A program made the position numbers and the translations under genes. From NCBI RefSeq assembly GCF_964355755.1, contig NC_092675.1:28988912-29052911 (forward strand): 64,000 nt of DNA, read 5' to 3'. The notes under the pieces are model-generated. The model did no database searches. It was not told the origin of the DNA and saw only the letters and a program-made list of their open reading frames with translations. Below, one piece after another: positions 1 through 11,600 of the stretch (positions are counted from its first letter, which is position 1; every line of letters begins with the position of its first letter). Source of the DNA: Antedon mediterranea (taxonomy: Eukaryota; Animalia; Echinodermata).

Positions 1-39
1 AATTATAGACATATACTTTTTGTCGGTCTTGATGTATTT

Positions 40-100
40 TATGTAAAGTGCCTTTGAGCATGGTTTTTCATGAAAAGGGCGCTATATAAATAAACTTTAT
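40..100 (+). mobile_element. 3' tail of an L2/CR1-type LINE or partner SINE
   Basis: TGTAAAGTGCCTTTGAG...GGGCGCTATATAAATAAA stem-loop tail motif. Confidence 0.45.
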
Positions 101-157
101 TTGTGAAAAATGTAAAAACATTAAACAAAATTGTCTTCCTTGAAAAAACATTTAAAA

Positions 158-1162
158 TACACAAACCAACAGTGGTGTTGGTAGTCTATGAGTGCCGCTT
201 ACCTGGATAAACCAACATAAGCCTCTCTCTCCGACGAGAGGTAAACATTACGAAAAGAATAACATTAATAACATTAATTTTTCCCCACCCCCGTCGGATA
301 ATGGATCAGTCCGCCCTCAAGTGAGACACACCCACTTATCATCGTCATCATTTCTCAAGACCACCTGCCTGAGGGGACGGTAGGGAGGGCGTTTATCCAG
401 GTAAGCGGCACTCATAGACTACCAACACCACTGTTGGTTTGTGTAGTCTATATCGTGCCTAGCTTACCTGGATAAACCAACATAAGCCAGTGTAGCACCG
501 GACTAGAGTCTAGTCGGAGGCGGGAGGCAAGGTAAACATTGTCATACGTACCTAGTGCCTGGGCTTCAAGATTGAAGCTGCCACCGTAGACTGGTTTGCG
601 GAGGTATCCGACAGGTATTGGGATGTGAAGGTGGACTGTGATCGCCACCATGCCGCTTGCAGGATGTCTGGAAGGGGCACCCCAGCAAACAGCGCCCATG
701 AAGCGGCTATGCCACGCACTTGGTGCATATGTGCCGGAGGAGGCGTATTTGTGGAGTCGTAACCAGCCCGGATGGCTGCCACGACCCAGTTTGCCAGCGT
801 CGACCGAGCAGCCGGTCGGAAGGGTGCAACAGTCGATACGAACAGATGTGACGCTGAGACCCGAATGGACTCTGTGCGTTTGATGTAAAACTTTAGTGCC
901 CGCACTGGGCACCAAAATCTGTCTTCCTCAACCCCTGAACATGCAGCAATGGTGGGAATAAATACAGTCGGCGGCAAGAAGTTCAATGTCTGAGATTTTG
1001 CAAGGAAATCTTTCCTAAAAACTAACCGCGCGCCACCCCGTTCAAACCTGATGTGCCCTGGCTCCAGAGAAAGAGCGTGCAGTTCACCTCTGCGCTTGCA
1101 CGAGGCTAGTGCAATCAGAAAGGCAGTTTTGAGAGACAGGTAAGCTAGGCACGATATAGACT
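158..1162 (-). mobile_element. Internally deleted copy of the same DIRS family in EXOSC3 intron 2
   Basis: Complete right end, ICR and YR 3' half (552-1136), highly similar to 18760-19750, fused to the first ~26 bp of the left end (1137-1162). Confidence 0.93.
552..1136 (-). pseudogene. 5'-truncated tyrosine recombinase fragment
   Basis: Near-identical to the YR C-terminus (CPVRAL, HQVR, FTSQY) with no upstream part. Confidence 0.88.
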
Positions 1163-1201
1163 ACAAAAACTGAGTTTCCATAGTTAGCACGTAATATCTA
1201 C

Positions 1202-1351
1202 CTGAACATTTGGTCGATTTCTTTTAGTTGCTCCTTCAAATGCCAAATACGATAAACTGGCTGGAACACTGCCTCCAATGTCCACAACAAACGTATCACC
1301 AGCTTTTTGAAGTACAATACCAATTACAAATTCTCCTTTTGTAGGAACATA
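1202..1351 (-). CDS. EXOSC3: Exosome complex component RRP40, coding exon 2 (S1 domain); gene continues beyond the window start
   Basis: 150-nt exon [50 protein letters not shown], with TTTTCAG acceptor and GTAGAT donor. [11 protein letters not shown] is the RRP40 signature. Confidence 0.95.
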
Positions 1352-1803
1352 CTGAAAACAACAATATACAGTAGCATGGAAAATTAACATTGTTGATTGT
1401 TTGGAGGTTCATCCTTTCATTTATTTTTTTTGGTGATCTATTTTTTAATATTTAGTTACTATTTATTTGAATGCATGGCAAAATCAAATGTTGATTGATA
1501 TAAAGTTTGCAGTACACCATGTATATGTAGTCCTGTAAAGAACTGTTGAGGTTTCTCGACAGTTCAATCAATACACTTTGATCGTACTCTGGAGTACTTT
1601 TTCCAGAACTATATACATATGGTGTACTGCAAGTTGTTTTATTATTGTATCTGGTCTAAACAGATTTGAAAATCTAAAATTATTTTTACTATAAATATAT
1701 TGCTTTTCTTTTACCGATTCCTTATCAGGCTCGAAAGAATTGAATCTGGGATGATTGAATTTGAAAGGTAAATAAATGTTAATGAATGAAAAATGCAAGT
1801 TTG

Positions 1804-1980
1804 CAGGGAAAAATTTCATTTTAAAATTTTGTTTAGCAATATATTGCTAATCAAACTGATTTTTGAGTCGAGAAACATAGTTTTGTATTGTATTTTTTGC
1901 TACACAATTTAAAAAATCTGTAGCAAAAAGGTTGTTTTGTATAGCTTTTTGCTATGCTACACTGGCGAAATTATTCCCTG
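1804..1980. mobile_element. Small MITE with CAGGGAA(A/T)AATTTC inverted ends
   Basis: CAGGGAAAAATTTC ... GAAATTATTCCCTG, flanked by GTTTG on both sides, with internal TGCTACA/TGTAGCA motifs. Confidence 0.5.
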
Positions 1981-2300
1981 GTTTGTAATAAATAATACTA
2001 ATTATAAATAGGCCTAGGCCTAGCTAGGACTATTCTATACTGCAATTGCAATTCTATTTTTTTTGTTTTCACATAAATGAAAATTTTTTAATTTATTGTT
2101 TATTTCATATATCAATTGAATAGTAATATCTTAATGCTAGGCCTATGCAATTATAATTATGCTTCGCATTTTGTCTATTCACAAAAGTGCGTCGACTAAG
2201 CATATTCCGCCATGCCCTAGGCCTTGGATTGGGTCATGGGTGGAAATATGACTCGAGTGAGTAGGAGGATCTCATCATTCTCTTTCGTCCCCCGTCGTAC

Positions 2301-2522
2301 CCGTTTTTGATGGCAATCAACCCAGTAAGTTTCCGGGTCTGTTTTGTGTCTTATGATTCCACATTTACAAACAATAACTTCTTCCGATTCCTGACGTAAC
2401 CCTGGACCAAGCCGTATCTTTTTTCCATCATCTTCGTTTGTTTTTAGTACCACAACATCGCCAGGAATAACGATTCTACCTTCGACGGTGTTTTGATTGT
2501 CGCCCATGCTTGATTCCACCAT
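2301..2522 (-). CDS. EXOSC3: Exosome complex component RRP40, coding exon 1
   Basis: MVESSMGDNQ...IVIPGDVV...LGPGLRQ...KCGIIRHK...YWVDCHQKR matches the RRP40 N-terminus. GT donor (GTACGA) follows 2301, phase 0. The start could be the second ATG near 2507. Confidence 0.9.
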
Positions 2523-2653
2523 TTTGGGTCATCCTAGGTCACATTGTTCAGCGTTAATTGTTTACGCATGCTCAGATCAATCAAAACATCTTTCCCACAG
2601 ACGGAACTTCCGGTGGTTTTGACACGGCGATAAAGCCAATTATATTGGTTAAA
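2523..2653. promoter_or_regulatory. Bidirectional promoter and 5' UTRs shared by EXOSC3 and FCHO
   Basis: 131 bp between divergent ATGs. Contains inverted ETS/GABP-like cores (CGGAACTTCCGG ~2602-2613), CCAAT ~2636 and an NRF1-like ACGCATGCTC ~2564. CpG is retained locally. Confidence 0.7.
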
Positions 2654-2680
2654 ATGTCGCATTTTGTGGATAATTTCTGG
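2654..2680 (+). CDS. FCHO2: FCHO exon 1 (MSHFVDNFW)
   Basis: ATG at 2654, GTAAGT donor at 2681. Confidence 0.9.
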
Positions 2681-5600
2681 GTAAGTGGGTAATTTGAGGT
2701 TATGTTACATATTATTGTACATTTTGAGTTTATATAGTAAAGAATGATGTTGTTTAAAAGTGATTAACTATCGTCAGGCCGGGTAATGAACGCTGGCCTG
2801 ATGATGATGATGGTGGTGTGACTGTGACTGAAGGTTGTACAGATATTAAATTTGGAGGAGTTCCCTGTCTAGACTGGGCTGCACCTCAACAAATGTCAAA
2901 GCCTAATAATGGGCCTATAATAGGCGCCAAGCCTAGGCCTAAAAGACCAATTTAGATGTGTTGTTTAGATGCAGATAAGGTGGAATTCTATTTATCATAA
3001 ACTCTTTTTTTTAGTTTTAATATGTAGAATTTTATTTTAGAATGAATTTATCGCAATTTTGGCACTACCGTACGCGTACTGTACGTCTAAAGCGTAGTAA
3101 TTAGCTACCCCCAGCTAGACACAAACTATTATAGTTCAGACAATTTAAAATCTTGGCTCTAATATATTATAAAAATAGTTAAACATATTGATGGTTTTAA
3201 TGATAAAAAGAATTTATATTCACGGCATAGGCCTATAATAAATACATTATTTGTTTATATAAATTTGTTTTAGTTTAGATCATGGGACTGCTGACTCTTG
3301 TAGTTACAGTAATCTTATTTACTTTAGCATTACCTGACCAATTCATCTCTGTATATTTTATGTTATGGTTTGTTGGTCAAATAAATAAATGAAATGATAA
3401 CTGTAGAAGAAATTAGAAATATATTATGATTGTGGTAGTTTGTTAGTTTGTTAGTTTGTTTGTTGCTCTTGACTTGAAAATAACAATTGAATAATTATAC
3501 TAATTTACTGGTATTAAAAACCACTTCTAATGTCTTAATAATGTTGGTTTACAACTGTATACTAAATGACTGCCATTAATGTCATTATAATTAAACCTCT
3601 TATCAAGGTATGTTTTTCATTACTGTGTATCTTGGCTTTTATCTTAATTCTTCAGTCAACTAATGAACCTACTGTAACGATATGCATTAAGATTAATAAA
3701 CAGACTGTAAAATATGATTATAAAAGAAGGTAATGTTGTCAGACTTGAATGAAGCCTCAAGCAAAGCCATTAGAAATAAAATAGGATGCATGTTTGCTGT
3801 TTAGATTAATTACTGAAGATAATATTTTAGGTGAGTGGTTCACAGTGGCTAAATATAACCACCTGCAGGAAATTTTAATGTGAACATTAATACTGATAGG
3901 AAGGGTTGTTCGTAAAATCAAATTATCTGACATATTAGTGAATTAAAAATGACGGTAAAAACGGAGATGAAGTATAGTTACGTTTTAAGGTGAGAAAGAT
4001 TATTTTGTTATGTTAGATTGACATGACAGAGTTAGCAGTACAGTATATGGGTCGTTTCAGTTGATATATTTTGTATTTAAAAAAATTATTATGAGGCTTA
4101 GCGATTGCAGTTTTTTTAAACAAAAACATTTACAGGACCCAGAATATATGGAGGTAGGCACTAATATTGTTTATATTGATTCTATAGTAGAAGGAATTGG
4201 CTTACTGAGGCGCAACGCTTAATGCATACAGTTGTACCATACGCACCTAAACTTATTATTGTAACCCTTCACTATCCTACAGTACAGTAGGTGCATGGGG
4301 TACTACTGTATGTAGCAGCATTGTGTGTACAGTAGGACCATTATCCACAGCAATTGAAATTTACATTCTGTAAACTATTGTATTTATTTAAAAAAGCTTA
4401 AATAATTACTAAAGACATAAATCCTATTGGCACATACATTTCTTTATTAAATCTTTGTCAAATCAGTACACTATTTTAGAATTTTATATAAAGCTCAGAT
4501 TACATAACCCTGATAATAACTGGTGTACATTATAAACACCTACAGTACAGGGTAGTATTCTGTTAGTATGTAGTATATTAATGTTTTTGTATTGTAAGCT
4601 GTCTTAAAATTACCTCATGGTTAGTTTATAAATACTTTAATAGAATCCTTTCAGCTTTTTTGATGTGAATCACTTGATTGGAAAAGGCGAGAAGGATCTG
4701 ATTAACTAATTAAATTAAAGTAAAACGAGATTTAGTCGTACAATGATGTTTGTGTAAGACCACGTCATAATGCTAAACTGGCGGTTATTTATTTAGCCAT
4801 TGCTCGTCGTAGTGATAATCTCAAATATTCTTTGGCTAATATTGATTATCTTGTTCAAATTCAAATTTTATGATTGTTTACATTTTGATATATTACTGTA
4901 CACCAACCTTTATTTATTTTATCAGTTGGTTTTCTGGGTTTTATGATTACATAGAGTAGATTTACTTAAATAAAAGATAAGATAAAAAATAAACATCATT
5001 CTATTGTTCTCTAATAGTTTTGTTTGAACAAGAAAAATGTTGATTACACTTTACTACAGTAATGGCAGGGAGATGTACATCTCCCTGGTATTAACGGTAA
5101 AAAAAACACTTGAATAATAACGGTGAACCCCCAATACTGTACTACTAGGTAGGCCTACATTATTTATTTGAGAATGAATTTCTTTTTACTGTATAAAATA
5201 AGGTTCCTAAAACACGAAATGACAGGTACTGTAAACTGTAAAGCTCTGTCTACACTAGCAAACTACTGTGCCCAAATATGGTAGTGATATGCCCAAATAT
5301 GGTAGTGATATGCCCAAATATGGTAGTGATATCATCCTGTTCATATACAGTATACATCACATTTTTCAATGTCAAATAAAGTTTGATAGTATAGACAGAC
5401 CTTAAGGATTAGCCATATAGTTGTTGCCAGTTTATTTCTTATTTGTATACCAATATGTGATCTTGTAGCCATTCAAGTTTAGTAGTACTTTGGATTAATT
5501 TACAGTTTTAATGAGTTTTTTGTATGTCGGGTGATGGTATTGGAAATTACAGTACAGAGAAACGTGATATTTTATAGGCTGTATCGTATAGGCAGTTGTG

Positions 5601-8600
5601 GTATTTAAGTGACATTTAAGCAGTGTAAAATATTGTACCTAGTGAGATTTTTTTCCCTATGGCTATATTATATATTATTTTAGCCTGTTAAATATTTACT
5701 TTAGGATGACGACAGAAGGATTAGGTTACGTCCTGCCATTTATATTAATTACAATTTCAAAATATCCGATTTTCATAGAACATGTAATAAAAGTAACCCA
5801 TTCACATGTTTATATAGGTTTCAATGAGTGTACTGTATACCATGATGTATCCTTGTCCTCAGGAAGTTGGGAATGGATCCCAAGTGCATTGATTCCGTGT
5901 CTTCCTGCGGGAAGGAAGCAATACATTTCCAAGCATAACTTCATTCATTAGCATATTCTACCATTCTAGCAATCTGTGAATTCTTTTAACTCACTCACTC
6001 AGTCACTGTACACACACTGGGCATGATGTTTAATATTGTATGAGTCGACTGTCTTCTTGAAATCTATAATAATCAATCGTTATTTATTAATTTTTATTGG
6101 AATATACTGTATATACTGTAGTGTAGTAGTATTATCATGAGGGTAAGTTGATTTAATGATGTGTCTGATCATTTATTTTAATTTCATTAAATTAATTGGT
6201 ACAGTAATTCTGTATTCACAGTTAATAATATCAAACTGTTTTTTTCATATATTTTACATAATATACATTTTCTTAAAAAAAATCATCAGAATAATATTTT
6301 TATATTTCATGAAACTATTTAAACCATTTTCTTCCAGGATTTGTATTAAAAAAAAACCTTTAAGTTCCCATTAAATTCATCATCTCCATGAATATTGCTG
6401 CATTAATTTATCACATAATTGTTTTTCAACTCAATGTTGTTTTTATTTGACAGGGGGAAAAGAATCAGGGATTCGCAGTTCTCTATAATAATATGAAAAA
6501 TGGCACTACCTCTACGAAAGAGTTGGAGGACTTTATCCGTGAAAGGTGAGCTAGTTTATTCTATAGTTATTTTTAAGTAAATACTCAGTAAATCAAAGAG
6601 GGGATTCTGAGAGATCAACTCATAATAACTTTTTTCATGACCAAAAACAAAACTGTTTTGCTGCTCTTTAGTTTAGTTGTAGATATCTCATACTGTCTGT
6701 ACTGTATGAAGCCAATTTTTCACTAGGCGAAGCGAAACTGTCAGCTTTATACGCATGTGTAGAGAAAGATTTGGAAGATGGGAACATAATACGCATGTGC
6801 ATAAGCTGGCGCATTCGAATCGCGCAAACAAATTCGCCTGGAAAATAGGCGCTTGAAGTAGGCCTGTTTTGTGCTAAGAAAGGTTCAGAGAAATACATAC
6901 CAACAATGGGTTTGTATAGTCTGAGACTTCAGGCACAAAATAGACTAATCAGGCCTGTTTATTGTACAGTACAGTGTGTTTACACTTTAACAATGCATTG
7001 TACTCTACGCGTTAAAAAAATCTGCAATATTTCTGTCTGGTACTGTATCTCATCTAAAACATTCTTCAACTCCAGCCTAGAATAGAACACACTGCTTCAA
7101 TGTAAGAAGCAATCATGATAACAGCCACTCAACATTTTCATGATGTCTGTTTTACCAGATGTTTTTTTTTTGTCCTATTGAAATTCCAAGAAAGGTGTTG
7201 TGTGTTACAGTGAATGTTAATATTGGCCATACAGTAGTTTGACCCATATTGATTTGTAACACTAATATTATACAGAGTACCAGTAAGAAACAGTCTATGA
7301 ATATGGAGCATACAGTACTGTACAGTAATTCAAGATTTTAAAAGTCTGTCATTGTCATGAATGTAGCTAAAGTCTGTGGTGGCTGTCAGAAGTACTTCCA
7401 GGTACCCAGATTAGGCTGGTGCTAGGTCTTAAATTAACCTTTAGGCTTGGTAGTGGAAGACTGAAGATTTGTGGTGTCCCCACTGATCTCATTGCACATA
7501 TTGGTACAGCTCTACTGTATCTGACTACAGTAGGTGTGTGGAAAGGAATAGATAGTGTTTATTATTTATTTACAAACCTGCTATGATCAGTTACTGTTAT
7601 GTACTAGTACACCAGGTAACCTCCTACTCATTTCAAAAGATGTACTAGGTCCTTTAAAGTGCGTATGAGCTAGACCTCTTCATTCAAAGACTGGTCTCCC
7701 AGAGGGCACAGTTACATGATCAGTTACTGTTATGTACTAGTACACCAGGTAACCTTCTACTCATTTCAAAAGATGTACTAGGTCCTTTAAAGTGCGTATG
7801 AGCTAGACCTCTTCAGTCAAAGACTGGTCTCCCAGAGGGCACAGTTACATGATCAGTTACTGTTATGTACTAGTACACCAGGTAACCTCCTACTCATTTC
7901 AAAAGATGTACTAGGTCCTTTAAAGTGCGTATGAGCTAGACCTCTTCAGTCAAAGACTGGTCTCCCAGAGGCCCCAGTTACAGTATGATCAGTTACTGTG
8001 AAGTACTAGTACACCGGGTAACCCCCTACTTTACTTTAAATAAAGTACATATGAGCTAGATGTGTACACTGGACCTACGGTTTATAGTATCTGAGAAGAC
8101 ACGTTCTACCACCAGAACCAAGGGGTAAGTAAGCCTCGAACCCTTTCCGATGTTATGGCTATGTAATTACGGTTCCCCTGTCTTAACCACTCACTATTAC
8201 TCTGACCATCAGGTCAGAGTGTTACACTATTATCACTAAACTTGTACCTGTGTCCTTAAAATGGACCTGAAATGGATTTTCGATTTTTTTCATTTTAGAA
8301 TGATGTTTTGGGGGCTATTAGGTGTTGCTAGAATGTATATTGTTATAAAATATAAATTCGCCCTTTTGGGGAAAGCCCCATTTGAAAATCAAAAAAATTC
8401 GCGGGTGACGTCACTTTGCGAATATATTCCTATCCCTCCAATGGACAATTTGCAGTTTTTTGGCTATAACTCTTGAAATCTTTGGAGTATTTTCTAAAAA
8501 ATGCTTGTGCTTTTGCAGAAACGTATTTAGAATTTTTTTAGATAAAATTATTACCGTATAAACGGTTAGTCATCGAGTAAATGACGATTTAAAATCTCCA

Positions 8601-11600
8601 AATCAACGGTTTTTTTCTGGCAATACCGACGTTAGCCTGGCAACGTTGTCCGGGATACAGCACCGTGTGCAATGATGCGTATCCATATTTTCCGTTCGTG
8701 TATTTTGTATTCGTTTGTAATTTATACTGCTAAAATGTGTTAAGTTTCTTTAGTTTATAGTTTAGCAGAATTAAATTAGTAATATGAGATGGTAATTTAT
8801 TTGTTCACAAATCAGGCAGTTCGAAAACGAATTTGATTCATATTTTACTTTGGCTTGACAATGAGCAGCAAGTTGTTGATATCGCTTTGGATGCACATGA
8901 AACGTGTGGGTGGATCGACTCCGCGCGCTGGGCACCGCCTAGCCTAGGCCTAGTATTAGTAAAGGTTTGGGAGGTAGGCCTAGGCCTTCTAAATTCGGGT
9001 TTTAGAACAAACAAAGTACATTTTAGGGCACTATATTTCAACAACATTATATATTGAATTAGTATTAGTGTCAACGCTTCGCGTATCTTTCCAGGCCGTC
9101 GATCATTCACGGACTATCGGGCGGCATACACGCTCTCGATCGATATCGCCGTCGTGAATATAGATGCTCCCGACGGCCGTTGAAATAGAATATTGCAATG
9201 GCGTGAGTAACTTTCGCTAATTTACCAAGGTATCTTAAAATTTCGTTTTTTCTCAAAATACTATACATTTAGTTTTTATTTGTATGGGCTTGTGTTAATT
9301 TGATACATTTAAATAACATGTGTGAATTTCTTGAAAATCGAAATTCCATTTCAGGTCCATTTTAAGGAATATCTCTACATAGCACACAGTATTTTTCTAT
9401 GGAATTATGAAAAAAGTGTCAGGAAGTTGGATAGTCAATGTATCAAACCGACAAATCTAAGCAGATGATTGGCATATCAGTACTATTATTATTTACCAAG
9501 TTCCTCGTCAGTTGAATTGTTGACGACGCTATTGATGTTATCATCGTCTCTTCATTATTATCCGGTATTCACTGAGCAGGTGATTTGAAAGTAGTTAATA
9601 CAAATGTCGGTCTTCCTCTCGGAGGAAGTCTCATTGCTCTGCCGATTTGAGATAAAAACAAATAGATACCATTAATAGGTATCATTTTGAATGCCCTTTA
9701 TGTGTGTACTTTCTATTAATAATAAGCAGATTATAATCGCACTTACATGAAGACTTTAAAACCAAAGTATTAAAAAATACGTGCACAATGTAATATTGCT
9801 ATAAAATTTACATACAGAGTTATTATTTATTATTTTATCGACATTCATTTGAAATAGTCAAAGAAAAAAAAACAAGCATACATTTATAAAAGTTATAATG
9901 GTAACAATAAATAGGAGCAATGCCAAATTAATTTAAATCAAGCGGTAATCAAAAAGGTAATTTTACTGGCCATTAATTTAAATAATGTCTGAAAAATGTA
10001 CCGGCATAAATGGGCCAGTTACTGGGTGGTTTTAATCATTGAGTCCATGGTATAATAGATAAATCATTTGGGACACCCATTTCAGGGGCAACCCTAAAGG
10101 AGACATATGAAACAAACAAGCTATAGAAACCTCTTCAGTGGACACCCATACAGTATACCTCTATTAAAGGGACACCCATACAGTATACCTCTATTAAAGG
10201 GACACCCATACAGTATACCTCTATTAAAGGGACACCCATACAGTATACCTCTATTTAAAGGGACACCCATACAGTATACCTCTATTAAAGGGACACCCAT
10301 ACAGTATACCTCTATTAAAGGGACACCCATACAGTATACCTCTATTAAAGGGACACCCATACAGTATACCTCTATTAAAGGGACACTTCGTAATTATAAG
10401 GTTCTACTCTACTGTTTGAAGAACTTGCCTTTCCAAAATAAACGTACAGTAACGTTATAATCTTTAGTATTGCACGGCTGAAAAAAGTCTTAAAAACCAT
10501 ATTTTGCCAATGACTCCTGTAAGTACCACATTTCTTTTAATCACTGAAAAAGGAATACTGTAGTTTGATTTTGTTATGACAGTAAGTGAAATCTACTGAA
10601 TAAGTCACTCTACAAGTTTACTTTACTTTAACTATGAACTGTATTAATATCATTTGCTTGATTTTGTTGTGCAGTTCATTATTTTGTAATGAGCTCTATT
10701 TTTAGGATTTCATAAATGCTAACTGCCAGTCACTGTATTGCACCAACGTAATACATTTTAAGCTACAGAGAGGAGTCTACTCAGTTTTCAAAGATAATTA
10801 TATTTTCAGCTGTTGTTGTTATTGTTGTTTTTTCGTTTTATATTATTTAGGATTCAATCAATTTCAAAAAAACTAATGTACAGTACAGTAATGTCATATA
10901 TTTTGCTTCAAAAGTTCCTATTTGTTTTAAATTTGACAATTTTGAATGAATACAGTGGGTTTTTTTTCACCTAAAACACCCAAAGATTGAGGTATAGCTC
11001 CTTGTGAAAACAGCCTTTTGCATTAAAAGTGTTTGATCACTTTATTAATCATAATTTTATTTGTTTTTAGCAAATTTTTCTTATCAAATTGAACAACTAT
11101 CAGTGGTTTTAAAAGGGGCCCCAAGGACTAAAAATGGATATTTTTTGCATTGTAAATTTCAAAATTTAGGGCCCTCTCTCTCTCCACTTATATCTGTCTG
11201 ATTTAGTACCTTGATTGAAACTTGTGTTTGCCTAACTACTGTAGGGATGTTTTAACAAATTATTTTATATAAAAAAAAGACTGTACCTGTAGCAGAAACA
11301 AGAATTGAACCCAACACTCATAAAATAGAAAGAAGATGTGACTATGTTCAAAAGTTATTTTTACCACATTTTAAACAGGACGACTAATTTATTATACATA
11401 TTGCAATATTATAAGAACATAAGTACGCTGTCCTTAATTGGCTAGCTATCATTTTACATTTGATATTTTAGATAATTAGGCTAAAACCATCAGTGTGTAC
11501 TACTTGTACTCCAGCTACTAATCACATTTCATTTGTGACATTTATGTGACTAACATACTCTATGGCAACATGTTGACTGTTCTGAAGCTGCTCATTATGA

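Noticed and set aside
10107-10460. Repetitive ORFs here and at 20370-20789 and 36899-37170
   Set aside because: They are translations of minisatellites inside introns, with no splice or homology support.
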